From positions 15,807-79,806 of the forward strand of contig JAUVXX010000002.1 of assembly GCA_030603395.1 (NCBI GenBank): DNA of 64,000 nt, read 5' to 3'. The stretch comes from a bacterium (GTDB lineage: Bacteria; Patescibacteriota; Minisyncoccia; Minisyncoccales; CG1-02-41-26). The notes under the pieces were generated by a model that was not told where the DNA came from, did no database searches, and worked only from the letters and a program-made list of their open reading frames with translations. A program made the position numbers and the translations under genes. The first letter of the stretch is position 1, and each line of letters starts with the position of its first letter. Positions 8,404 through 17,214 of the stretch are shown here, in pieces.

Positions 8404-8988
8404 ATGCGTAGGATTTTTATTGCCATAAATTTACCAGGAGAGATTAAAGAGAAGTTAGCAGATTTGGAAAAAGAAATAGCTGATATGTTTCCACAGGAAG
8501 TAAGCAGGGGAATGATTCGATGGGTGAGAAAAGAGAATTTACACCTTACCTTGCTTTTTATTGGCACTGTAAAAGATGAAGAAATCCCTCAAGTTTGCCA
8601 AATTATCAGAGACACTGCCCAAATCCAAAAGCCATTTCCTCTGAAGTTTGAAAAAGTTGGCTATGGACCGCCAAATAAAATGCCGCCTCGCTTAATCTGG
8701 CTTGATATTGGGAAAGAACCGGGATTGTTAACCCTGGCTGAAAAATTGAAAACAGAGATGGCAGAAAGTGGTATCCTGAGGAAAATTGAGAAAAGAGGGT
8801 TTTCTCCCCATATCACCTTGGGAAGAATTAGAACTTGGCAGTGGCGAGGAATGGCTCCTGAAGAAAGGCCAGCCATAGAAAAAGAGATTTCTTTAAATTT
8901 CGAAGTTAAGTCAATTGAGGTGATGGAAAGTATACTGAAAAGAACTGGTTCAGAATACATCGTGCTAGAATCAGTCAAGTTGGACTGA
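8404..8988 (+). CDS. thpR: RNA 2',3'-cyclic phosphodiesterase (2H phosphoesterase)
   Basis: Two HxT motifs: HLTLLFIG and HITLGRI. Confidence 0.8.
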   Translation: MRRIFIAINLPGEIKEKLADLEKEIADMFPQEVSRGMIRWVRKENLHLTLLFIGTVKDEEIPQVCQIIRDTAQIQKPFPLKFEKVGYGPPNKMPPRLIWLDIGKEPGLLTLAEKLKTEMAESGILRKIEKRGFSPHITLGRIRTWQWRGMAPEERPAIEKEISLNFEVKSIEVMESILKRTGSEYIVLESVKLD

Positions 8989-8989
8989 T

Positions 8990-9024
8990 TTTCAATTTTC
9001 AATTATCAATTATCAATTTTCAAT
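8990..9024 (+). repeat. five tandem 7-bp units TWTCAAT ending exactly at the murC ATG
   Basis: tttcaat tttcaat tatcaat tatcaat tttcaat, then ATG at 9025. Confidence 0.8.
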
Positions 9025-10335
9025 ATGAAAGTGCATTTTATTGGTATTGGTGGGATTGGGATTTCAGCTTTAGCCCAGTATTATTTAGCCAAACGCCACC
9101 AGGTTAGTGGCTCTGATCTGATATCTTCAGAAATGACTGAACTTTTAAAGAAAAAAGGGGTTAAAATTCTTATCGGAAAACATCAAGCTAAAAATATTCC
9201 AAAAAATGCTAATCTGGTAATTTATAGTTCAGCCGTCCAGTTAGATAACCCGGAATTGACAGAAGCAAAAAAATGCAGAATTAAGTGTCAAAGTTATCCC
9301 GAGGCATTGGGTAAACTCACTGAACAATACTATACTATTGCCATTTCTGGCACCCACGGCAAAAGCACGGTGGCTGCCCTGATTGGTTTAATTTTAGTGA
9401 AAGCCGGCCTGGACCCCACGGTAATTCTGGGAACAAAACTTAAAGAGTTCAAACAAAGTAATTTCCGGGTAGGCAAAAGTAAATATTTGGTAATAGAAGC
9501 TGATGAATGGCAGGCCTCTTTTTTAAATTATTGGCCCAATATTATTGTCATCACCAATATTGAAAGGGAACATCTCGATTATTATAAAGACCTCAACCAT
9601 ATCCTCGGAACGTACAAAGAATTTATCAATCGTTTGCTAACTAATGGAGTATTGATTATTAATGGAGACGACAACAATATTAAAAAACTTAAAATCCAAA
9701 TCCTGGGATTGCGTCTCCGAACTCAAACGTTCAGCTTAAAGCAGAAGGAGGTGAAGAAACTGAAAAAAAACTTAAAAATTCCAGGAGAGCATAATCTTTT
9801 AAATGCCCTAGCTGCTTTAACTCTAGCTCAAGTCTTAAAAATTCCTGACAGGGTTAGCTTCAAAACCCTATCAGGATATAAAGGTGCCTGGCGCCGCTTT
9901 GAAGAACACCAATTAAAAATTAAAAAAATGAAATTCAAAATTATTTCTGATTACGCCCATCATCCCACTGAAATTGCCGCTACCTTGAAAACAGCTCGCC
10001 AAAAATATCCCAAGCGAAAACTCTGGTGTGTTTTCCAACCCCATCAATACCAAAGGACATTTTATTTGTTCCAAGATTTTGTCAAGGTTTTTAAGGCTGC
10101 CTCTTTAGATAAATTAATTATTACTGATATCTATGACGTAGCTGGCAGGGAAGTAAAAAATCTCAGGAAGAAAGTGAACTCAAAGAAATTAATTGAGGCA
10201 ATTGGCAAAAAGGGGGCCAGTTATCTACCAAAAAGCAAGATAATAAATTACTTAAAGAAGAACTTGAGGGGTGGGGAAATAGTGATAATAATGGGAGCAG
10301 GGAACATCTACGAGATAATTAAAGAGCTTAAATGA
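9025..10335 (+). CDS. murC: UDP-N-acetylmuramate--L-alanine ligase
   Basis: N-terminal HFIGIGGIGISALA, P-loop ISGTHGKSTV, Mur ligase C-terminal domain. Confidence 0.9.
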   Translation: MKVHFIGIGGIGISALAQYYLAKRHQVSGSDLISSEMTELLKKKGVKILIGKHQAKNIPKNANLVIYSSAVQLDNPELTEAKKCRIKCQSYPEALGKLTEQYYTIAISGTHGKSTVAALIGLILVKAGLDPTVILGTKLKEFKQSNFRVGKSKYLVIEADEWQASFLNYWPNIIVITNIEREHLDYYKDLNHILGTYKEFINRLLTNGVLIINGDDNNIKKLKIQILGLRLRTQTFSLKQKEVKKLKKNLKIPGEHNLLNALAALTLAQVLKIPDRVSFKTLSGYKGAWRRFEEHQLKIKKMKFKIISDYAHHPTEIAATLKTARQKYPKRKLWCVFQPHQYQRTFYLFQDFVKVFKAASLDKLIITDIYDVAGREVKNLRKKVNSKKLIEAIGKKGASYLPKSKIINYLKKNLRGGEIVIIMGAGNIYEIIKELK

Positions 10336-10368
10336 AGGGTTTTAACTCTACATTTTGTCGCTTGCTTG

Positions 10369-10396
10369 GAAATACAAAAGCTTACTTTTGTATTTC
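10369..10396 (+). terminator. perfect 12-bp AT-rich hairpin downstream of murC
   Basis: gaaatacaaaag-ctta-cttttgtatttc followed by tctt. The T-tract is weak. Confidence 0.45.
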
Positions 10397-10514
10397 TCTT
10401 GCTTCGCTCCAAAATAGTTATCCACAGTTGACCAGTTGACTATTAAAGACCAAACTCCTAAAATAGACTAATATACTAAAAAGGTCTTTTCTAATTTTTA
10501 AAAAAAGATAAATT

Positions 10515-10694
10515 ATGCTTTATTGGTTATTTTGGGTAATTTTGGTTGTGGCGGTAGTTGGCATTATCTTTTGGTATTTGAAATCAAAAGGAAAAGGTGG
10601 AGAAAAAGAGAGCATGCCCGGAACTACGGCTCCAGAGGAACCAAAAGAACAAAGCTCTGAAACGCCACCATCTGAAACCCCGGAGGGAGAGTAA
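10515..10694 (+). CDS. small membrane protein (59 aa), tentative
   Basis: ATG..TAA ORF below the track cutoff: MLYWLFWVILVVAVVGIIFWYLKSKGKGGEKESMPGTTAPEEPKEQSSETPPSETPEGE. One TM helix plus an acidic P/E/T-rich tail, followed by a terminator. Confidence 0.35.
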   Translation: MLYWLFWVILVVAVVGIIFWYLKSKGKGGEKESMPGTTAPEEPKEQSSETPPSETPEGE

Positions 10695-10722
10695 ATTTAA
10701 GATATTTTTCAAAGAGAGCTTT

Positions 10723-10760
10723 AAAAAAAACAGGGGTGTTTGGCATTCCCTGTTTTTTTT
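10723..10760. terminator. bidirectional-looking terminator (A8 - caggg..ccctg stem - T8)
   Basis: aaaaaaaa caggg gtgtttggcatt ccctg tttttttt. Confidence 0.5.
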
Positions 10761-10829
10761 ATTTGAGGTGATAAAAATATAGTTGCTATTTCTTGTCAAA
10801 TTTATTAAAATTGATGAAGAGACAATTCT

Positions 10830-12020
10830 ATGAAAACCATTACTAACCCCAAAAAGATAAAAGAAGTCCTGGAAAGGGGAGTGGAAGAAGCAATTATTAG
10901 AAAACATTTAGAGAAAAGGTTGTTGAATGGCGAGAAATTACGAATAAAATTTGGGATTGACCCCACGACCAACATTTTGCATTTAGGTCATTCTGTTTGT
11001 TTATGGAAATTGCGGCAATTTCAAGATTTAGGACACCAAATTATTTTTCTTATTGGAGATTTTACAGCTAAAATCGGCGACCCCACCGGTAGAACATCAT
11101 CAAGAGTTCCTCTTTCTCTCACCGAGATAAAAAAGAATATGCGTAATTACAAGAAACAAGCAGGTTTAATTTTGGACCTTAGTAAAATAGAGATACGTTA
11201 TAACAGCGAATGGTGGGATAAAATGAAACTCCGAGAAATTATGACCCTCGCTACCAAAGTTACTTACGGTCAAGTCTCCGCCCGAGCAGACTTTAAAAAA
11301 CGGCTTCGCGAAGATAAAGATTTTACCTTGGAAGAATTTATCTATCCAATGTTACAAGGTTATGATTCGGTGAAACTCAAAGCAGACGTAGAAATTGGTG
11401 GTACGGACCAAAAGTTTAATATGCTGATAGGTCGGCGAATCCAAAGAAGATACAACCAAAATCCTCAAGATGTCATAACGTGCCCACTCTTGGAAGGAAT
11501 AGATGGTAAAGAAAAAATGAGTAAATCTCTTAATAACTATGTTGCTTTGACAGAAAAATCAAACAAGATGTATGGCAAAATTATGTCTATCCCCGATAAT
11601 TTAATTAAAAAATATCTTGAATTAACTACAAACTTAACTAAAAAACAGATTGAAGGAATTTTAGAAAAAAAACCGCAGATGGCCAAAGCTATGTTAGCCA
11701 AAGAAATTGTAAAATTATATCATAGAGAAAGAGCAGCGCTTTTAGCAGAAAAAGAATTTAATCAGGTATTTAGGGAAAAGAAGCTACCCTCTAAAATCCC
11801 CAATTTCAAGACATCAAAAAAGGTTTTACCCATTTTAGATTTAATCTTTGAATCTGGTTTGGCTTCTTCTAAAAGCCAGGCCAAAAGGTTAATTTTAGGA
11901 AAGGGAGTTAAAATTGACGGTAAAGTGAAGACCAATTGGCAAGAGAAAATTAAATTGAGAAAGGGAATGGTTTTACAGGTTGGGAAGCGGAGATTTAAAA
12001 AAGTAGAATTAAAAGGTTAG
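10830..12020 (+). CDS. tyrS: tyrosyl-tRNA synthetase
   Basis: HLGH (ILHLGHSV) and KMSKS motifs, with a C-terminal S4-like domain. Confidence 0.9.
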   Translation: MKTITNPKKIKEVLERGVEEAIIRKHLEKRLLNGEKLRIKFGIDPTTNILHLGHSVCLWKLRQFQDLGHQIIFLIGDFTAKIGDPTGRTSSRVPLSLTEIKKNMRNYKKQAGLILDLSKIEIRYNSEWWDKMKLREIMTLATKVTYGQVSARADFKKRLREDKDFTLEEFIYPMLQGYDSVKLKADVEIGGTDQKFNMLIGRRIQRRYNQNPQDVITCPLLEGIDGKEKMSKSLNNYVALTEKSNKMYGKIMSIPDNLIKKYLELTTNLTKKQIEGILEKKPQMAKAMLAKEIVKLYHRERAALLAEKEFNQVFREKKLPSKIPNFKTSKKVLPILDLIFESGLASSKSQAKRLILGKGVKIDGKVKTNWQEKIKLRKGMVLQVGKRRFKKVELKG

Positions 12021-12026
12021 AAAATT

Positions 12027-12395
12027 ATGGCAAAAAAAATACTAATCATTGAAGATGAGAAAATTCTAAGGGATATGTATGCCCAGAAGCTTTCCCGGGC
12101 TGGCTTTGAGGTGTTTTCAGTTGCTGGGGCTGAAGAGGGCTTGGAAACTGCCAAGAAAGAAAAACCAGACCTCATCTTGCTTGATATTCTTTTGCCTAAG
12201 GAAAACGGAATCTTCTTTCTGAAAAAGTTAAGGGAAGACCCGGATATAACTCAAAGTGAGGTGGTTGCTTTTTCAAACTTTGATGACCCCGACGCCCGAG
12301 AAGAGGCAGAAAGATTACAGGTCAAAGATTATTTAATCAAAACCGACTATACCCCTAAAGAAATCGTGGAGAAGATAAAAGAATACCTAAAATGA
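12027..12395 (+). CDS. stand-alone response-regulator receiver domain (CheY-like)
   Basis: 122 aa: ILIIEDE, phospho-acceptor LILLDILLP, no output domain. ATGA overlap with aspS. Confidence 0.8.
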   Translation: MAKKILIIEDEKILRDMYAQKLSRAGFEVFSVAGAEEGLETAKKEKPDLILLDILLPKENGIFFLKKLREDPDITQSEVVAFSNFDDPDAREEAERLQVKDYLIKTDYTPKEIVEKIKEYLK

Positions 12396-13750
12396 AAAGG
12401 ATACTAAATATTGAAACCCCCAAACATATTGGGAAACAAGTCAGAGTTTGTGGTTGGGTAAATAGCCGGCGAGACCACGGTGGAATAGTTTTTTTGGACG
12501 TGCGAGATCGTTCTGGAATTTTGCAAGTAGTTTGTCAGCCAGATTCAGCTAAAGATATCAAGGATGAATGTGTCTTGGAGATAATAGGGCAAGTAAAAAA
12601 AAGACCTCCCAAAATGGTCAACCCTGAGCTGGAAACCGGAACGGTTGAAGTAGAGGTCGGGGAGATTAAAATCTTAGCTGAAGCAAATAGTTTGCCTTTT
12701 GAAATAAGGGGTGATTTAAATTTAGGCTTGCCCACTCTTTTAGATTACCGACCATTAACATTACGAAATGAAAAGATTAGAGCTATTTTTAAAATTGAGG
12801 AGGAGATAATTTCAAGCTTCCGAAAAACCTTAAAAGATTTAGAATTTACTGAGTTTCAAGCCCCAACCATTGTCCCGGTCGCCACAGAGGGCGGAGCAGA
12901 GCTTTTTACTGTTGATTATTATGATTACAAAGCTTATCTCGGTCAAAGCCCTCAGCTTTATAAACAAATTATGCTCGGAGCATTTGAAAGGGTTTTTACT
13001 GTTACCAAGGCCTACAGAGCTGAACCTAGCGTTACCACCCGTCATATCTCAGAGTATATCAGTTTGGACGCTGAAATGGGTTTTATTGATTCTTGGGAAG
13101 AATTGATGGATACCTGCGAGATTATCATTAAGAATATGTTTGACGATGTGCAGAAAAACTGCCAAAAGCAACTAGAAATGTTTGGGATATCCCTTTCAAA
13201 AATAAGCTCAAAAATCCCTCATATAAAGATGAGACAAGCTCAAGAGATTATTTTTAAGAGAATTGGCCGAGATAACAGAAAGGAGCCGGACTTAGAACCA
13301 GAAGATGAGAAAGAAATCTGTCAATGGGCAAAGGAAAAACATGACACAGAGTTAATTTTTATCACCCATTACCCAACAAAGAAAAGACCTTTTTACACCT
13401 ATCCTGATCCTATTAACCCAGAGTACACGTTGAGTTTCGACCTCCTTTATCGAGGGGTAGAAATAGTTACTGGTGGGCAGCGGATTCATGAATTTGATAA
13501 ACTCTCAGAAAATATAAAAAAATGGGGAAACAAAATTAGAGATTTTCAATTTTATCTTCAGGCATTCAAATATGGCATACCACCAGAAGGGGGATTTGCT
13601 CTTGGCGCTGAGAGAATTGTTAAACAAATTTTAGATTTAGAGAACATCCGAGAAGCCACTTTATTCCCAAGAGATATGATCCGAATCGACCAAAGATTAT
13701 CTGTTTTACAACCCAAAAAGAAATCTAAAAAGAAAAATTCTAAAAAATGA
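12392..13750 (+). CDS. aspS: aspartyl-tRNA synthetase, archaeal/type-2 form
   Basis: OB-fold N-terminus (VCGWVNSRRDHGGIVFLDVRD), class II motif AYRAEPSVTTRHISEY, GGFALGAERI. Lys-rich C-terminal tail. Confidence 0.8.
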   Translation: MKRILNIETPKHIGKQVRVCGWVNSRRDHGGIVFLDVRDRSGILQVVCQPDSAKDIKDECVLEIIGQVKKRPPKMVNPELETGTVEVEVGEIKILAEANSLPFEIRGDLNLGLPTLLDYRPLTLRNEKIRAIFKIEEEIISSFRKTLKDLEFTEFQAPTIVPVATEGGAELFTVDYYDYKAYLGQSPQLYKQIMLGAFERVFTVTKAYRAEPSVTTRHISEYISLDAEMGFIDSWEELMDTCEIIIKNMFDDVQKNCQKQLEMFGISLSKISSKIPHIKMRQAQEIIFKRIGRDNRKEPDLEPEDEKEICQWAKEKHDTELIFITHYPTKKRPFYTYPDPINPEYTLSFDLLYRGVEIVTGGQRIHEFDKLSENIKKWGNKIRDFQFYLQAFKYGIPPEGGFALGAERIVKQILDLENIREATLFPRDMIRIDQRLSVLQPKKKSKKKNSKK

Positions 13751-14700
13751 CCAGGAAAATCAAACTTCTTTTAATAGTGATTTTGATAGGCTTGCCTTTT
13801 TGGTGGGTGGTGAATGTCTTGGAAAAAAACCTGGAGGACTTTTTTTATTCATGGGAAATGGAAAAAAATCCTTCCTCAATCTTTATTGCTCAAATTGCTC
13901 AAAATTATCTTGTAAAAGCTTCGGTAACCGTTGTTAGGAATGAGATACCGGAAGATTTTGAAATTACTGCTGAGAGTGTCATTTCGGTTGAAATAGATGA
14001 TAAAGGAAACGAGAAAGTTCTTTTTAACAAGGAAGAGGTCAAAAAAATGCCCATGGCCAGTATCACCAAACTTATGACGGCGCTTATTGCCTCAGAATTT
14101 TATTATCCTTCCCTGAAAGTTCCAATCTCAAAAACTGCGGTAGGGCAAGAAGAAGAATATGGTCATCTGAAAGTAGGGGAGATTTTACAGGTTCAAGACC
14201 TCTTATATGTGATGCTTATTGAATCAAGCAACGATGCTGCTTTTGCTTTGGGAGAAATAATTGGCATTGAGGGTTTCACTGACTTAATGAACTTAAAGGC
14301 AAGAGATATGGGACTCCAAAATTCTAAGTTTTTTAATCTAACCGGCTTAGACCCTAAAAATCCCAATCAACCGATAAACTACTCAACTGCCCGAGATTTG
14401 GTAAAATTAGCGAAATATCTATTGACAGAGAAACCAGAAATTTTGGAGATTCTCTCTAAAAAAGAATACGAGCTCTATTTGGAAAATGGAGTTTTTCATC
14501 ACACCTTACAAAATACCAATGAACTTTTGGGAGAGATTCCAGAAATAGTCGGAGGAAAAACTGGCTTTACTGAAAGGGCCGGGGGCTGCTTGCTTTTGAT
14601 TATGGAAGGTTTCAGTCCCGGAAATTACCTAGTAAATGTCGTATTGAGCTCTCCTCGCAGGTTTGAAGAGATGAGGAAATTGATAGAATTCATTCGTTGA
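13747..14700 (+). CDS. D-alanyl-D-alanine carboxypeptidase (S11 family)
   Basis: SITK (SxxK), SSND (SxN) and KTGFT (KTG) motifs, with an N-terminal TM anchor. Confidence 0.75.
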   Translation: MTRKIKLLLIVILIGLPFWWVVNVLEKNLEDFFYSWEMEKNPSSIFIAQIAQNYLVKASVTVVRNEIPEDFEITAESVISVEIDDKGNEKVLFNKEEVKKMPMASITKLMTALIASEFYYPSLKVPISKTAVGQEEEYGHLKVGEILQVQDLLYVMLIESSNDAAFALGEIIGIEGFTDLMNLKARDMGLQNSKFFNLTGLDPKNPNQPINYSTARDLVKLAKYLLTEKPEILEILSKKEYELYLENGVFHHTLQNTNELLGEIPEIVGGKTGFTERAGGCLLLIMEGFSPGNYLVNVVLSSPRRFEEMRKLIEFIR

Positions 14701-15761
14701 TTCTTATGCTTCAGATACAAGCAATTAAAATTTTGGTTCTTTGTGTCACAGCCGCTTTCCTGGCTGCTTTATGGACTCCCGCTTTAACTCATTTTCTTTA
14801 CAAATACAAACTCTGGAGAAAAGAACCCAGAAAAAAAACAATCGACGGCAAACCAGCCCCGGTCTTTTACAACTTACACAAAAAGAGGGAAGTTAAGGTG
14901 CCTCGTTTGGGAGGACTTTTAATTTGGCTGACTACCATTTTTGTGGCTTTTTTATTTGCTGGTTTAGCCAGAATCTCCAATAGTTTCTGGCTGCAAAAAC
15001 TGAATTTCTTATCAAGGAATCAAACCTGGCTTCCCTTGGCCACCCTGGTGGCGGCAGGCCTTTTGGGTCTGGGGGATGATATCTTGCAGATTTTTGGCAA
15101 GGGGAAGTATGCTGGTGGTGGCATAAGATTTACCCGGAGGTTGTTGATTGTCTTGATGATAGGAGTTGTTGGGGCTTGGTGGTTTTATTCTAAATTGGGC
15201 TGGCACACCTTGCACATTCCCGGCAACGGTGACCTTGAGATTGGTTTTTGGTATTTGCCTCTGTTTGTGATTGTTGTTCTGGCTTGCTGGGCCGGGGGAG
15301 TGATAGACGGCATTGATGGTTTGGCCGGAGGAGTATTTGCCACCATGTTTGGCGCTTTCAGCATTATTGCTTTTTCTCAGATGCAATATAACTTAGCGAG
15401 TTTCTGCGCTGTTCTGGCCGGGACAATTTTAGCTTTCTTGTGGTTTAATATCCCGCCGGCTCGCTTTTACATGGGAGAAACAGGCATGATTGGCTTGACT
15501 TCAACTTTGGCGGTGGTCGCTTTTTTAACCGATTCTCTGCTGGTTCTGCCAATTATTGGAGGACTCTTGGTTATTGAGGCCGGCTCGGTTATTTTGCAAC
15601 TTTTCTCCAAGAAAGTCTTTGGCAAAAAAATATTTCTCTGCGCTCCCATTCATCATCATTTAGAAGCCAAAGGTTGGTCTCCCGCCAAAATCACCATGCG
15701 TTTTTGGCTGATTGGCATGTTGCTTGCCGTTGTAGGAGTAGCTGTAAGGCTTTTAGGATAA
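14697..15761 (+). CDS. mraY: phospho-N-acetylmuramoyl-pentapeptide transferase
   Basis: 10-TM protein with GLGDDILQ, IDGIDGLAGG and CAPIHHHLE motifs. Confidence 0.9.
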   Translation: MILMLQIQAIKILVLCVTAAFLAALWTPALTHFLYKYKLWRKEPRKKTIDGKPAPVFYNLHKKREVKVPRLGGLLIWLTTIFVAFLFAGLARISNSFWLQKLNFLSRNQTWLPLATLVAAGLLGLGDDILQIFGKGKYAGGGIRFTRRLLIVLMIGVVGAWWFYSKLGWHTLHIPGNGDLEIGFWYLPLFVIVVLACWAGGVIDGIDGLAGGVFATMFGAFSIIAFSQMQYNLASFCAVLAGTILAFLWFNIPPARFYMGETGMIGLTSTLAVVAFLTDSLLVLPIIGGLLVIEAGSVILQLFSKKVFGKKIFLCAPIHHHLEAKGWSPAKITMRFWLIGMLLAVVGVAVRLLG

Positions 15762-15837
15762 CATTTAGATTATTACACGATATAAAATGTCCAGAGGGAA
15801 TATTTTTCCCTCTTTTTCTTTATTTTGAGGGAATTTT

Positions 15838-17214
15838 ATGGTATTTTTAAGTATGAAAATGCGTTTAGAAGGACTGGAAAACAAAAAAATACTGATTCTG
15901 GGATTTGGCAGAGAGGGGACGGATAACTTTTTGGCTTTGAGGAAATTATTCCCCAAAAAGTCCTTAGCCATAGCGGATAAAATGGAACCTAAAGAATTAT
16001 CCAAAAGCACCCGAAAGCTCCTGAAACTTGACAAAAATATAAAACTGTATCTTGGCAAAGATTATCTCCGAGCCCTTAAAAATCACGATTTGATAATTAA
16101 AACTCCGGGTATCCCGTTGAGCACGATAAGGCCGTTTTTGAAAAAGAGGACAAGGATTACTTCGCAGACCGAGATTTTTTTGGAAAATTGTCCGGGTACC
16201 ATTATTGGAATAACCGGTACCAAAGGAAAGGGGACTACTGCTTCTTTAATTTACCAGATATTGAAAAAAGGAGGTCTAAAAGTCCATCTGATTGGCAACA
16301 TCGGCAAACCAGTTTTCCAAACCTTGTTAAGGGCTAAACCTGAGGAAATTTTCATTCACGAGTTATCTTCCCATCAACTCCAAAATCTCAAAAAATCACC
16401 CCAGATTGCCGTTTTCTTGAATCTCTGGCCAGCCCATCTGGATTATTTCAAGAACTTCCAAGAATACCAGAGAGCCAAGGAGAATATCGCCCGTTATCAA
16501 ACCGAGAAAGATTTTTTTGTTTACAATTCAGACGAGAGCCGTTTGCGAGAAATTGTCAAAAAATCAAAAGCCAAAAAAATTCCCTTTGGCATTAAAAAGC
16601 TCAAGGAATTAGCAAAAATTATTCCTCAAAAAGAAATTCCCTTAAAGGGGAAATTTAACTTTTTAAATGTGCTGGCAGCGGTTAAGGCGGGGAAGCTCTT
16701 TAATGTTAAAGTTTCAAAGATAAGAGAAGCCGTAAAATCTTTCAAAGCCCTGCCCCACAGATTAGAGTTTGTTGGTAAATACAGAGGAATTGCCTTTTAT
16801 AATGATTCTTTAGCCACGGTACCCCAAGCAACAGTGGCTGCTCTTGATGGTCTGGGGGACAAAGTGAAAACATTAATCTTGGGAGGTTCGGACAGCAGGG
16901 TTGATTTTTCTGTTTTAATAAAGAGGATTTTAAAAAGCGATCTTAAAACCCTTATTTTTCTTTCACCAGGCACCGGAAAGCAAATTTGGCAGAAAATCAC
17001 CGCCTTAAAAAAAACCAAGTTGCCCCAGGCCTTCTTTTTCTCTTCAATGAGTGAGGCCGTGAGAAAAGCTTTTCAAAGCACGGGGAGCGGAGAGATTTGT
17101 TTGCTTTCACCCGCTGCTCCCAGCTTCAATCTTTTTCAAGATTATCAAGAAAGAGGGGACTTATTTAAAAAATTGGTAAAAAAATATGCCAGTAGAGCAA
17201 AAAAAACGTCCTGA
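15838..17214 (+). CDS. murD: UDP-N-acetylmuramoylalanine--D-glutamate ligase
   Basis: ILILGFGREG Rossmann N-terminus and GITGTKGKGTT P-loop. The true start may be the internal Met at MKMRLEG. Confidence 0.85.
   Translation: MVFLSMKMRLEGLENKKILILGFGREGTDNFLALRKLFPKKSLAIADKMEPKELSKSTRKLLKLDKNIKLYLGKDYLRALKNHDLIIKTPGIPLSTIRPFLKKRTRITSQTEIFLENCPGTIIGITGTKGKGTTASLIYQILKKGGLKVHLIGNIGKPVFQTLLRAKPEEIFIHELSSHQLQNLKKSPQIAVFLNLWPAHLDYFKNFQEYQRAKENIARYQTEKDFFVYNSDESRLREIVKKSKAKKIPFGIKKLKELAKIIPQKEIPLKGKFNFLNVLAAVKAGKLFNVKVSKIREAVKSFKALPHRLEFVGKYRGIAFYNDSLATVPQATVAALDGLGDKVKTLILGGSDSRVDFSVLIKRILKSDLKTLIFLSPGTGKQIWQKITALKKTKLPQAFFFSSMSEAVRKAFQSTGSGEICLLSPAAPSFNLFQDYQERGDLFKKLVKKYASRAKKTS

Noticed and set aside
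8990-9024. Whether any tandem repeats could be a CRISPR array.
   Set aside because: The units are 7 bp with no spacers. No repeat-spacer architecture or cas genes occur anywhere in the window.
10416-10432. Possibility that the DnaA boxes mark oriC.
   Set aside because: There are only two boxes, 38.7 kb apart. There is no cluster, no adjacent AT-rich unwinding element that I could define, and no dnaA or dnaN nearby.
10584-10907. ORF 10584..10907 (-) and ORF 10597..10782 (+) in the murC-tyrS spacer.
   Set aside because: The minus ORF runs antisense through the terminator and into tyrS. The plus ORF is out of frame with the better-supported 59-aa TM ORF (10515-10694), runs through that ORF's stop codon and crosses the terminator.
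10321-12395. Alternative genetic code (UGA as sense, as in SR1/Gracilibacteria).
   Set aside because: murC and the response-regulator gene end at TGA at the expected protein lengths, and all housekeeping ORFs are full length under the standard code.
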